Source: a virus (lineage: Duplodnaviria > Caudoviricetes). From it: a DNA stretch of 37,168 bases. Below are positions 23,399-33,110 of the stretch, piece by piece. Under the pieces are notes generated by a model, which saw only the letters and a list, made by a program, of their open reading frames with translations, was not told where the DNA came from and did no database searches. The stretch covers positions 1 through 37,168 of IMG/VR virus record IMGVR_UViG_3300017988_000012; one strand, given 5' to 3'. The position numbers were made by a program, and so were the translations under genes. Position 1 is the stretch's first letter. Each line of letters opens with the position of its first letter.

Positions 23399-24259
23399 AT
23401 GGCACAAGATACCTCCTCAAAAAAACTCAAAGCAGGACATAAATACGGCCGATTACAGAGGTATGAGACTCTGTCCAAAGAACAGAAAAAGGTCCTGAAG
23501 CAATTTGGCAAGCCTGTCAAAGCTGAAAAATTCAAAACGCCAGAAACCATGAAGCGAGGATTGGAATTCTTGCAACGTGGCATCACTCAAGGTCCTCCTA
23601 TTTCTCCTACAGAACAAGCAGGACAAGGATTTCTCCAGAATCTTCTCTCGCGCACTCCTGAGCAGCAATATCAGACATTCGCACAGCCTTTCATGAGACA
23701 ATTTCAAGAGCAGACAGTGCCACAGTTAGCTGAGAGATTTAGTGGATTAGGGGCGCAAAGATCATCAGCATTTGGGCAAGCTTTAGGTGGAGCAGGCGCT
23801 GGATTGCAAGAAAACCTTGCAGCTCTAAAAGGGAATTTGATCAATCAAATGCTCGGACAGCAACTCCAAGGGGCAAATGTTGGATTAGGATACTCACAGC
23901 TTCCGGGACAGAGATTTGGGCAACAATTGCAAGCTACGCAACTTGGCATTCCTTCAAGTCTCCTGCCTCAAGAGATGCAGCAGAGATTGAATCAGAACGC
24001 GCAGCAACAGCAATATCAACAGAGAATGGGAATCCTTGGCACGCAGCCATGGGGAACAGCAATGATCGCGCCTCAGGGAAGAGAAGGATTTTGGAGCCAA
24101 TTTGCCCCATCCTTAGCAGCAGCTGGAGGAAGTGCTCTTGGATCATCATTATTTTCTGGATTAGGTTCGATGGGCGGAAATTGGCTGAGTGGATTATTTG
24201 GAGGAGGATCTAAAGGTATGATTGAAGCTCCACAGGTTTCGCCAGGATTCTTTGGTTAA
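23399..24259 (+). CDS. putative DNA ejection / internal virion protein 1
   Basis: Gln/Gly-rich with Gly-zipper C-terminus; position. Confidence 0.6.
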   Translation: MAQDTSSKKLKAGHKYGRLQRYETLSKEQKKVLKQFGKPVKAEKFKTPETMKRGLEFLQRGITQGPPISPTEQAGQGFLQNLLSRTPEQQYQTFAQPFMRQFQEQTVPQLAERFSGLGAQRSSAFGQALGGAGAGLQENLAALKGNLINQMLGQQLQGANVGLGYSQLPGQRFGQQLQATQLGIPSSLLPQEMQQRLNQNAQQQQYQQRMGILGTQPWGTAMIAPQGREGFWSQFAPSLAAAGGSALGSSLFSGLGSMGGNWLSGLFGGGSKGMIEAPQVSPGFFG

Positions 24260-24275
24260 AAAATATAGGAATAAT

Positions 24276-25688
24276 ATGTCAATTCAATTCATACCTCCTG
24301 CATACACTCAGCGTCCGCAAGGCATGAGCAGCAAAGTGGGCCAGGCGCTAGGCCAAACTCTTCAAGGAGCGACAAATCTCTATCTTCAAAACAAGATTCA
24401 GGGATATTTTGATGAGCAGAAAACTGCTCAACAAATGGCATCACGATCCAAAGGAGCAAAAGCTTTAGCCGCCTTACCACAATTCAAAAATACTCCAGGC
24501 CTCGAAGAGTTGCTCACGTCAGTTCCTGAACAGCATTGGGCGCCTTTGTTGCAACAAGTTGAAGAATCAAATATTGGGTCCATGAATCTTGGCGGAGACA
24601 TTTCGTCGTTGCTACGAGGACAACCAGCTACTCAATTGCCATCGCAACCAGTACAAGGATCGCAGCAAATGGCTCAGCAGCCTCCATTGCAGCCACTACC
24701 TACTTCTGCCACTACTGCTGCCAATCTTTCGGCTGCCCAGAGAGCTTCTCCAGCAATGGCGCCATATTCCCCTGAATTTTTAGCGCAAATGACACAAGTG
24801 CCACCAGCAGTGGCACAAATGCCTGGCGCTACTTCTCCAGAACAAGAATTAACTCAAGGACAAAAACCTATTCTCCTCGGCGATCTCCCAGAAGAACACT
24901 ATCAGGCATTGAGGAACAGACTTGGATCAAATACAGCAAAGAAAGAAGCGGATAAAATTCGAAAAAGTCAAATAATGACGACTGCCGCTCAGACAAAGAC
25001 AGAAACAAATAGGAAAAGAGAAGAAAGAGAAAGTGAATCACATGCAGTTCTAATGGAAAAGGAGCCAAGAGAATATATTAAAAAACTAAATGACGAATAT
25101 AATTCTTCTTTGAAAAAACGACCTATCTATAAAACTCTAGAATCCAAAGCTCCTGAATTACAGAAAGGATCAGTATTACGAAAGTATTTGATGGATAAAT
25201 ACGATTTACCTGCTGGTTTTATGCTTGACAAGACTGGAGAAGTTTTAGAAAAGCTTTCTCAAAATCTTCTTAGAGGAATATCCGCAGATTATAAAGGAAG
25301 GATACTTCAATCAGAAGTTGAAAATTATTTAAAAGGCGTTCCTTCTTTAGCAAATACTCCTGAAGGTATTGTCCAATTATCTAAAATATCCTTAGAAATG
25401 GATAAACTGTCTGAAATGAAGTGGAAATTAGCGAATGAAATAAAAAAAGACTACAGGGCTAGAGGAGAACGATTACCTGAAGATCTTGAAACTCAGGTTC
25501 TCGAGAAAAGTGAAAAATTTGCTGATGATGTTTATAAAAACATTGAAAATATTATTGGTTCTAAACAACTTCAGGAAGTAGAAGATGAGCCTGTTATTGT
25601 GACAAATCTGAAGACAGGACGTACGGGTCCAATGCCAAGGAAATTTGCAGAAGAAGCAGCTAAGACTGGAGGATACCAAATCAAATGA
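24276..25688 (+). CDS. putative DNA ejection / internal virion protein 2
   Basis: ATG 24276 after AGGA; helical with Q/P-rich linker. Confidence 0.6.
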   Translation: MSIQFIPPAYTQRPQGMSSKVGQALGQTLQGATNLYLQNKIQGYFDEQKTAQQMASRSKGAKALAALPQFKNTPGLEELLTSVPEQHWAPLLQQVEESNIGSMNLGGDISSLLRGQPATQLPSQPVQGSQQMAQQPPLQPLPTSATTAANLSAAQRASPAMAPYSPEFLAQMTQVPPAVAQMPGATSPEQELTQGQKPILLGDLPEEHYQALRNRLGSNTAKKEADKIRKSQIMTTAAQTKTETNRKREERESESHAVLMEKEPREYIKKLNDEYNSSLKKRPIYKTLESKAPELQKGSVLRKYLMDKYDLPAGFMLDKTGEVLEKLSQNLLRGISADYKGRILQSEVENYLKGVPSLANTPEGIVQLSKISLEMDKLSEMKWKLANEIKKDYRARGERLPEDLETQVLEKSEKFADDVYKNIENIIGSKQLQEVEDEPVIVTNLKTGRTGPMPRKFAEEAAKTGGYQIK

Positions 25689-27124
25689 CGGTAGATTATG
25701 ACAAATACTTCTTACCAGAGAAACCAGTTTCCAGTGCTCCTCAACAACAAGATTTTGATAAATATTTCACTCCAGAACGAACTGTAAAAGAATCAGTGAG
25801 GCGCGATATTGGTAGAACTGCAAAATCTGTCGCCGCCCCAATTCTTGGAGGATATGGAGATATACAAGATCTACTTCTCTCTTTAACATCAAAAGTGTAT
25901 GGTGTAGATCCAGAAAAAGTCAAGGAACGCCTACAGAAAATGGCTGAAGAAGATCAAGAAATTCCTTCTTTGATGCCTTCTACGTCTGAAATCAAGAAAT
26001 CTGTCGAAGAAATTGCTCCATCTCTCAAACCAGAAACTGCAGGTGAGAAAACATATGAGGAAACATTAGAACTTGGATCGACATTGGCTAATCCTTTGAT
26101 GGGTGGTGCTAAAATTGGACGCGCTGCAGTTGGTGCGTTAACAGGAATGTTGGTAAAAAAAGGAGCTGAAAACATCGGCGTCGGTGAGACAGGGCAAGAA
26201 TTAGCCAAGAATATCGCTTCAATCATTCCGCTGGTCGTTTCAGGAAAGATAACACCTACAACAACTCAAGCGAAAGAGCTCTACGAAGCAGGAAAAAGAG
26301 CTGGCCTCACAGACAAACAACTTGCTCCTCTGATGACAGAGAACTGGAAGTTAGCTTCCCTTGGTAAATTCGCCAAGCAATCTCCTGAGATTACTAAAAG
26401 AATGTCGGAGGTCGAATCTACTCTGGGAGAATTTTATAAGACTATCAAGAAATCGGCTGCTCAAGAAGCACCATATTCTTCCACACAAATTGAAAATCTT
26501 GGGTCAAAGATGCAAGATATTTCAGATTCATGGAAACGAACCCTGAAAGCCGCTCCAGATAAGGAAGCTGCAATAAAATTCGTTGATGAAGCTATAGCAA
26601 ACTTAAAAACTAGAGGGGCGACTCCAGAATCACTAATTAATTTTTATCAAGACATAAATGCTGCTGTAAATTGGAGAGCTATTAAAGGAGGAAAGAAAGA
26701 ACTTTCTGAAATTAAAAATTTAATTTCTTCTACATTGAAAGAATCCTCTCCTAAATTAGCAAAAGATTTTGAATCCGCGAATAAGCTTTGGTCTAAGCTA
26801 GAAAAATTCAGGAAGGAAGTTGGATGGGGTGAAACGTTGGAAAAATATGCCAAATTTGGTGAGTTTGCTCCGTTACTTTTTAATCTAGCGACATTCAATA
26901 TTCCAGGTGCTGTGAAGGTAGGAGCAGGAATAGCAGGGGCAGAAGCAATCAGAAAAATAGCTACAGCGATGTTGACCAATCCATCATTTCAAAATATTTC
27001 CAGAAATACTCTTAGAGCTGCTAAAACAAATAGTCCAAAAATAGCTCAATTGGCATACAATCAATTAAAAGAAGTAACCAAGAAAGAGTTTCCAGAAGAA
27101 TATAAACAGATAAATTGGCCTTAG
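25685..27124 (+). CDS. putative DNA ejection / internal virion protein 3
   Basis: ATGA coupling; helical with Gly/Ala hydrophobic segments; duplicated D(Y/F)DKYF motif. Confidence 0.6.
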   Translation: MTVDYDKYFLPEKPVSSAPQQQDFDKYFTPERTVKESVRRDIGRTAKSVAAPILGGYGDIQDLLLSLTSKVYGVDPEKVKERLQKMAEEDQEIPSLMPSTSEIKKSVEEIAPSLKPETAGEKTYEETLELGSTLANPLMGGAKIGRAAVGALTGMLVKKGAENIGVGETGQELAKNIASIIPLVVSGKITPTTTQAKELYEAGKRAGLTDKQLAPLMTENWKLASLGKFAKQSPEITKRMSEVESTLGEFYKTIKKSAAQEAPYSSTQIENLGSKMQDISDSWKRTLKAAPDKEAAIKFVDEAIANLKTRGATPESLINFYQDINAAVNWRAIKGGKKELSEIKNLISSTLKESSPKLAKDFESANKLWSKLEKFRKEVGWGETLEKYAKFGEFAPLLFNLATFNIPGAVKVGAGIAGAEAIRKIATAMLTNPSFQNISRNTLRAAKTNSPKIAQLAYNQLKEVTKKEFPEEYKQINWP

Positions 27125-27130
27125 GAAGAA

Positions 27131-27265
27131 TTATTCTTCATCAGGAATCATGTCATTCCAAAACAGATAATGAAACACTGGTAGAACAATCATTCCAAGT
27201 AAAACAATTCCTATTACAGGAAAAACAAAGTTTGCTAAAACTACTTCCAGTAAAAAAGTAAACAT
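27131..27265 (-). CDS. tiny membrane protein (44 aa)
   Basis: TAATG coupling, RBS GGAAG; long hydrophobic run. Confidence 0.6.
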   Translation of the reverse strand: MFTFLLEVVLANFVFPVIGIVLLGMIVLPVFHYLFWNDMIPDEE

Positions 27266-27474
27266 TATTCTTCCTTCTTTAATTTAATTCTTTCTTCTAA
27301 AGCACAAAGCCTTCCGTGGAAATCCTTCATTTCATTGCTTGATAATTTCGTTTCGTCTCTCAAGTCTCTCAGATCATTTCTGATTTCTTGATGATTTGCC
27401 TTGGCTGAGTTTGAAATATTGATAATGAAAGAAATAATGCAGGTAAAAAAGATCGTAAACTGTAACCAATCCAT
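27265..27474 (-). CDS. TM + coiled-coil DFHGRLC paralog 3
   Basis: EMKDFHGRLCALEERIK. Confidence 0.8.
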   Translation of the reverse strand: MDWLQFTIFFTCIISFIINISNSAKANHQEIRNDLRDLRDETKLSSNEMKDFHGRLCALEERIKLKKEE

Positions 27475-27477
27475 TAA

Positions 27478-27621
27478 TTAATTCCTATGCATTGCCTTCT
27501 TAAATTCATCTCTATCTCGCTTCATTTCATGGCTCATTTTTTTATTGTACATGAATCCCTTCACAACAAAATATGAGCAAGCGATAACAACAAGAGCTAA
27601 TTGAATGTAATCTCTGTACAT
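27478..27621 (-). CDS. tiny membrane protein (47 aa)
   Basis: RBS AGGAGGAG; MYRDYIQLALVVIACSYFVVKG... Confidence 0.65.
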   Translation of the reverse strand: MYRDYIQLALVVIACSYFVVKGFMYNKKMSHEMKRDRDEFKKAMHRN

Positions 27622-27624
27622 GGG

Positions 27625-27867
27625 TTATTTCTCCTCCTTTAGCTTCTTTTTTTCTTCCAATGCACAAAGTCTGCCGTGGAAATCTTTGATCTCGTCCTTA
27701 ATAGCAATAATTATTGCTAACATTGAATTATGATCGTTCTGAATTTTCATATCTGCTGTCTGACGATCGCTTTGAATTTTTGCTTCAATAGCTTTCAGAT
27801 CACTTCTTCCTATTAAGAAAAAACCAGCCATTGCAAAAGTAAAGACGATAAGTTGTGTCCAGTCCAT
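27625..27867 (-). CDS. TM + coiled-coil DFHGRLC paralog 2
   Basis: EIKDFHGRLCALEEKKK. Confidence 0.8.
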   Translation of the reverse strand: MDWTQLIVFTFAMAGFFLIGRSDLKAIEAKIQSDRQTADMKIQNDHNSMLAIIIAIKDEIKDFHGRLCALEEKKKLKEEK

Positions 27868-27868
27868 G

Positions 27869-28087
27869 TTATTTCTCCTCCGCGAACTTTTTTCTTTCCT
27901 CTATGGCACATAACCTCCCGTGAAAATCTTTTATCTCAGCGTAAGTCTCTTGATGCATTGACGACAGTAGCTCTTCTACTCGTCTGTTGTCTGCTCGTCC
28001 TTCTGACCTAGACCAAAAGAACATGCCACATATAGTTACCATAATCACTACAAGCTCTAGAACTTGAACCTTGATTTCATCTTTCAT
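27869..28087 (-). CDS. TM + coiled-coil DFHGRLC paralog 1
   Basis: EIKDFHGRLCAIEERKK. Confidence 0.8.
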   Translation of the reverse strand: MKDEIKVQVLELVVIMVTICGMFFWSRSEGRADNRRVEELLSSMHQETYAEIKDFHGRLCAIEERKKFAEEK

Positions 28088-28090
28088 GTG

Positions 28091-28252
28091 TTATTTTAAC
28101 TCCATCTTTCTCACTCTTTCTTCAAGATCCTTGATTTTTCTTCCTCTATCAATATTTACGTCTATCCATTTAAGTATATGGTAAAACAAAAACGCAAAAA
28201 TTATCGGCCAGGTGATAGAAAAATATGTCATCAACAATGTAGATGTGTCCAT
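28091..28252 (-). CDS. tiny TM + coiled-coil protein (53 aa)
   Basis: MDTSTLLMTYFSITWPIIFAFLFYHILKW...IKDLEERVRKMELK. Confidence 0.65.
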   Translation of the reverse strand: MDTSTLLMTYFSITWPIIFAFLFYHILKWIDVNIDRGRKIKDLEERVRKMELK

Positions 28253-28259
28253 AATTAAC

Positions 28260-28343
28260 CTACTGCTTCATTCTGATGCTATACATTAGCAGGACGGTCC
28301 AAAAAAACACAAGCAAAATCTCAGACGCAATGATGAGCTCCAT
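28260..28343 (-). CDS. 27-aa hydrophobic peptide
   Basis: RBS GAGGT; MELIIASEILLVFFWTVLLMYSIRMKQ. Confidence 0.5.
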   Translation of the reverse strand: MELIIASEILLVFFWTVLLMYSIRMKQ

Positions 28344-28385
28344 GGACTTAACAACCTCTTTTCTCAAGATTTAACAAATGATGCT

Positions 28386-28571
28386 TCACACAATACTGTG
28401 AAAGGATTTTTCGATCTTCTGATTTAACATCCTGATCGACAGATCTGTCATCTTTCGGTATTCCTTCATTTCCCTTTCCTCTTCGTGACAAAATTCTCTG
28501 ATATAACAAAATCCTCCATAAATGCAGAAAATATTAGCAACGACCGTAATAAATGTTATCCATGAATCCAT
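28386..28571 (-). CDS. tiny TM + coiled-coil protein (61 aa)
   Basis: RBS AGGAG; N-terminal TM. Confidence 0.65.
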   Translation of the reverse strand: MDSWITFITVVANIFCIYGGFCYIREFCHEEEREMKEYRKMTDLSIRMLNQKIEKSFHSIV

Positions 28572-28622
28572 ACATTTTGTCTCCTATTTCTAGAGTCCTC
28601 AACATACATGAATAAAATATTT

Positions 28623-28651
28623 TTGACACATCTCCCGTTTAATGGTATTGT
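28623..28651 (+). promoter_or_regulatory. promoter of the tail-fibre operon
   Basis: TTGACA-17-TATTGT with extended -10 TG; TATTGTAAAGRAAAT also precedes the portal gene. Confidence 0.6.
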
Positions 28652-28703
28652 AAAGGAAATTTATCAATACCCCTCATGTGAGGCTCAAATAATAGGAGAA
28701 GGT

Positions 28704-29402
28704 ATGGCACGGTATCTCAATCCCCAAGGCGAATCGCTTTACGGGACACCACAACCAATAGTAAATCAATTTCCCACCCCCATTCCAGCTAGGAGAGATC
28801 CTACGACATCAGATACTGGATATATCATTGGGCAGGTATGGGTCAACAAAGTTGCTGGCACAGTTTGGGCGTTGGCATCAAATAGTGGTGGAGTGGCTTC
28901 CTGGCTAAGTCTTGGAGGTAGTTTAACTCCCACTGTTGCAACTATCACAGCCACCACCTTCATCACTGCGACAGCTGGAACGTCAACGTCTCTCAATGGC
29001 AATACTTGGGCAGGGATAGGGACGAACGCTAATATCAACCTCGTCATGACTCCCAAAGGGACAGGTAATATCGTGGTATCGTCTGGCAATGTTTCTCTGA
29101 CAAATGGGAACGTTGTTGTGAATACTGCAGGGACTGGAGTAGAGATCAAGGAAGGCGCGAATGGAAGGATGGGGACATCCACACTTGTCGCTGGAACTAA
29201 ATCTATTTCTATCGCCTCTGTAGATGCTTCTACACGAGTATTTCTTTCCCGCTCTGGCCTCAACGCATCCCCAGCTCTAGGATTCTTGATTGCTAATACC
29301 TCAGTTCCAGGAACGCTCACTGTTTCATCATATGATGCAACAGGAGTAGCGGTAGCAACTGATGTATCACAATTCAACTATCTCTGTGTCGAAGCTCTCT
29401 AA
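28704..29402 (+). CDS. tail fibre/appendage protein
   Basis: ATG 28704 after AGGAG; RDPTTSDTGYIIGQVWVN motif shared with 33111..34106. Confidence 0.75.
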   Translation: MARYLNPQGESLYGTPQPIVNQFPTPIPARRDPTTSDTGYIIGQVWVNKVAGTVWALASNSGGVASWLSLGGSLTPTVATITATTFITATAGTSTSLNGNTWAGIGTNANINLVMTPKGTGNIVVSSGNVSLTNGNVVVNTAGTGVEIKEGANGRMGTSTLVAGTKSISIASVDASTRVFLSRSGLNASPALGFLIANTSVPGTLTVSSYDATGVAVATDVSQFNYLCVEAL

Positions 29403-29417
29403 CTTTAAGGGGAAAAA

Positions 29418-29750
29418 ATGAGCTCTCTAAGTGTAAGAGTTTTTTACGAAGCTCTGAGATCGATTAATTCTGCAACCTTCACTGGATCATATCAGCCACT
29501 GGGATCTCCTCTGGCTCACAATCCTTTTCTGATAAAGCTTGTGAATACTTCCACGGTCCCTGTGACGATTTCGATCGACGGCGTGACAGATCATGACATT
29601 TGTCCCGCAGGATGTTTCTTTCTCTATGATGAAACTGCAAATGCCTCTAGAGAAGCAGGGTTGACGGTTGCCACAGGTACGCAGGTTTGGGTGAAAGGAT
29701 CAGCAGGCGCAGGATCTGTCTATCTCGTCGTCCAATACGCAGGAGGCTAA
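29418..29750 (+). CDS. small beta-sandwich virion protein
   Basis: 110 aa, RBS AAGGGG. Confidence 0.75.
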   Translation: MSSLSVRVFYEALRSINSATFTGSYQPLGSPLAHNPFLIKLVNTSTVPVTISIDGVTDHDICPAGCFFLYDETANASREAGLTVATGTQVWVKGSAGAGSVYLVVQYAGG

Positions 29751-29753
29751 GAC

Positions 29754-30281
29754 ATGTCACAAGCAGGAATTATAAACGTACAGAGTGTCCCAGCTGTCCC
29801 TACGACATTTGTGACAGATTCAGGAACGGCAATACCAGCGCTGAATATTCTCAATGTTGTTACTCCGGGATCAGGAACGCAAGGCATTTCCACAAGTGCC
29901 TCTGGCAACACTGTTACTATCACGCTCTCAGAGCCAAAGCTTTCTGGAACAGGGACTACGGCAGGGGCGGTGACGTCGAATATCATCATCCTCCCTCTTG
30001 GTGCGGTTCCTGGTGTCTACACATTTGATGCGCAGATATCAGGATTTGACCCAACCAATGACATAGGCGTGGGATATACGTTGGTGGGAGCTGTCAGGAC
30101 GAGTGGCGCTGCGGCAGTGTTGATTAGTGGACAAGATTTGGACCAATTCGAGGAAGCAGGAATGGAAGATGCTGATGCAGCCATTTCCGTATCTGGCAAC
30201 ACAGCAATCTTCTCAGTGACAGGAGTTGCTGGCCATAACATGGATTGGAAAGTTGTCTCTGAATATGTATTTGTAAGTTAA
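29754..30281 (+). CDS. tail appendage protein
   Basis: RBS AGGAGG; FVTDSGTAIPALNILNV motif. Confidence 0.75.
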   Translation: MSQAGIINVQSVPAVPTTFVTDSGTAIPALNILNVVTPGSGTQGISTSASGNTVTITLSEPKLSGTGTTAGAVTSNIIILPLGAVPGVYTFDAQISGFDPTNDIGVGYTLVGAVRTSGAAAVLISGQDLDQFEEAGMEDADAAISVSGNTAIFSVTGVAGHNMDWKVVSEYVFVS

Positions 30282-30289
30282 GAGGAAAT

Positions 30290-33100
30290 ATGTCGGCACA
30301 ATCTGGTTTCGCTAATAATGTAATGTACGCTCAAAACGTTAGATTTGACGGAGCTTCCCATCCAGGACAAATTACCAGCGACGGGCAACTTCTCATCGGT
30401 TCTAGTGTTTCTCCAAACATTCAAGTGGGCAATTTGACGTCTAGTGATGGAAGCATTGTTATCACGAATGGGCATGGAACGATTAATCTTTCTGCTTCTC
30501 CTGAAGCTGTTTCCCAGAAGCAGATCTTCTATGTTGCCAAGTCTGGAAACAATTCCAATACTGGAACGAGTATAAATCAGGCTGTCCTCACTTTTGGGCA
30601 AGCGATTACTCTTGCTACCGCCCAGACGCCTTCTGCCACCAATCAATACGTCGTTTATTGTTGTGATGACGGTGTCTACACTGAAAATATAACTGGACTT
30701 GAATACGTAGATATTTTTGCCCCCAATGCTTCTATAGTTGGAACTCTCACATTAACTGATTACGAATATGTAAAATTTAAGACATTAACATATAGTGGAA
30801 GCGGATATGCAATTACAAAGAGCTCAGGGACAACCTATCTTGATCTTGAGATTGACACTATCACTCTCGGGACATCCACCAACGGCCTCTCTTGCTCAAG
30901 TGGATTTACGAACTTCACCTGGAAACAGCTTTACGTAGTCAATGGCTATGGAATTGGAAATTACACGGGAGGAGAAACACATATCCACCTTAAGGGAGGA
31001 GATATTTATGTCTCCGGGACAGGATATGCTCTTACCTGCGTAGGAACCAACTCTATGGTGGGTCGGATTGACCACATCTTAGATAATGGAACTGGAGTTG
31101 GTCATGGGATTCTCTGTGTAGAGGGAGAAATTGATCTCAATGTTTCGAGAATCGAGAGCCTTGCAGTTGGGATATCTGTAGGAACTACCTCTCTCTACTC
31201 TCCTGTAGCTAACCTTGATGTCAACATCATCAGTTGTACTGAAGCATATGCCGTAGGATCTACTGGAACTCTAAATCTTTGCTGTGGGAACATTACTGGC
31301 ACTACTTCTGTTGCTGGTACTCTCGCTCTGGCTCAATTCTCTGCTCCTGGCACTACTGGAACTGTCTTAACTGGAAATACAGGCGCTAATCCTTCCTTTA
31401 GCTCAACCCCGACAGTTTCGAGCATCACTATCTCGAATGCTCCTGTTGCCACCACTGATGGCACGAATAAAGCTTATGTCGATGCCATAGCAGCTGGAAT
31501 TGAATTCAAAGATACGACTCAGGCGGCTAGTACTGGATCGTTAACTGTTACGTATTTTAATGGCGTCTCTGGAGTTGGCGCTACATTAACCAATGCTGGA
31601 GCACAGGCCGCATTCGCTATTGATGGATACACAGCTTCATTAAATGATAGAATTTTAATCAAAAATCAAAGTTCTACTTTTCAGAATGGTATATATTCAG
31701 TTACAGTATTGGGAACTTCTCTAACTAATTGGGTTCTTACTAGAACTACAGATTATGATACTCCTGCTCAAATGCCTGAAGGATCTGTCGTTCCAGTTCA
31801 ACAAGGAACTGTTAACGCCAATACTCTCTGGCTCCAAAATGTTTCTGTCTCTGCTATTGGAAGCGGCAATCCTATCACTTATCAGAAATTTCAAAGCGCT
31901 CCAATTTCTACAACACAAAATGCGTTGCTCGTAGGGACAGCAAATAATGGAGTAGGAAGTCTGGCAAATTTGACCAATGGCCAGATAGTCATAGGAAGCA
32001 CAGGCAATCCTCCTCAGGTCATAACGCCGACGGCAACTTCTGGAGGAAATCTTGCTGTTACGGCAAATGCCACTACGCTCAGCTATGGCATCTCAGCACC
32101 AGTTAGCATCGCAAATGGAGGGACCAATGCCACATCTATAACAAATACCGATGGAATTGTTTATTTCGATGGCACTCGTCTTGTAGATACTGCAGCTGGC
32201 ACATCTGGGCAAGTATTGCTAGGCAATACGTCTAATCCTGCTGGCTGGGTAACGCCTACCTCTGGGACGGGGACAAGCGTGACGGCAAATGCCACAACTC
32301 TTTCTTGGGGTCTCTCAACTCCTGTATCTGTAACAAATGGTGGAACGGGAGCAGGAACTTTTACTGCTGATGGTGTTCTGTATGGTAACACAACTTCGGC
32401 TATTGGCGTAACGGCAGCTGGGACAAATGGGCAAGTATTCTTGGGGAATACAAGTAATCCTCCAGGTTGGGTGACACCTACCGCAACGTCTGGTGGTGGA
32501 TTAGCGGTCACGACGAATGCAACGACATTGAGTTATGGTATCTCTGCTCCTGTCAGCATAGCTAACGGAGGGACCAACGCTACCTCAATGACTAACACTG
32601 ATGGCGTGTGCTATTTTGATGGAACGAGAATAAATACTACGGCAGTTGGAACGTCTGGGTATATATTAACTTCAAATGGCGCTGGAAATGCTCCGACTTT
32701 TCAATCATCTGCTCAGATTGCTACAATAACTCTTAATTCAAATGCAATAAAGACTTTGAACGCCAGTCCCACGGTGATCGTTGCTGCTCAAGGAACAAGT
32801 ACTGTCATTCCAATATCATTATCGGCAAAATATATATATGGGGGATCTAATGTATTCACGGGAGGAGCTAACATAACATGTAAATGGAGTTCTGCTGCTG
32901 GAACTTCGGCTTTTGGTAATATCTTTTTGACTTCAGCCATTACTGGAACTGCAAATGTATATTCAGCTGTTTTGACATTGGGTGGAGCAGTAAACAATCA
33001 ACCGCTAGTAATAACTTCAAATGGACCAGATTATGGAGGCAACGCTGCTGGAGATAATTCTATTGAGATGACTTTATTTTATTATGTATCTTCATTTTAA
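30290..33100 (+). CDS. long tail fibre with beta-helix-like region and internal repeats
   Basis: 936 aa G/T/S-rich; FYVAKSGNNSNTG, NKAYVD, DRILIKNQ...QNGIY, repeated VSIANGGT. Confidence 0.85.
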   Translation: MSAQSGFANNVMYAQNVRFDGASHPGQITSDGQLLIGSSVSPNIQVGNLTSSDGSIVITNGHGTINLSASPEAVSQKQIFYVAKSGNNSNTGTSINQAVLTFGQAITLATAQTPSATNQYVVYCCDDGVYTENITGLEYVDIFAPNASIVGTLTLTDYEYVKFKTLTYSGSGYAITKSSGTTYLDLEIDTITLGTSTNGLSCSSGFTNFTWKQLYVVNGYGIGNYTGGETHIHLKGGDIYVSGTGYALTCVGTNSMVGRIDHILDNGTGVGHGILCVEGEIDLNVSRIESLAVGISVGTTSLYSPVANLDVNIISCTEAYAVGSTGTLNLCCGNITGTTSVAGTLALAQFSAPGTTGTVLTGNTGANPSFSSTPTVSSITISNAPVATTDGTNKAYVDAIAAGIEFKDTTQAASTGSLTVTYFNGVSGVGATLTNAGAQAAFAIDGYTASLNDRILIKNQSSTFQNGIYSVTVLGTSLTNWVLTRTTDYDTPAQMPEGSVVPVQQGTVNANTLWLQNVSVSAIGSGNPITYQKFQSAPISTTQNALLVGTANNGVGSLANLTNGQIVIGSTGNPPQVITPTATSGGNLAVTANATTLSYGISAPVSIANGGTNATSITNTDGIVYFDGTRLVDTAAGTSGQVLLGNTSNPAGWVTPTSGTGTSVTANATTLSWGLSTPVSVTNGGTGAGTFTADGVLYGNTTSAIGVTAAGTNGQVFLGNTSNPPGWVTPTATSGGGLAVTTNATTLSYGISAPVSIANGGTNATSMTNTDGVCYFDGTRINTTAVGTSGYILTSNGAGNAPTFQSSAQIATITLNSNAIKTLNASPTVIVAAQGTSTVIPISLSAKYIYGGSNVFTGGANITCKWSSAAGTSAFGNIFLTSAITGTANVYSAVLTLGGAVNNQPLVITSNGPDYGGNAAGDNSIEMTLFYYVSSF

Positions 33101-33110
33101 ATAGGTAGTT

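Noticed and set aside
31979-32700. Diversity-generating retroelement TR/VR pair in the fibre repeats
   Set aside because: Differences are mostly synonymous and not adenine-specific; no reverse transcriptase present
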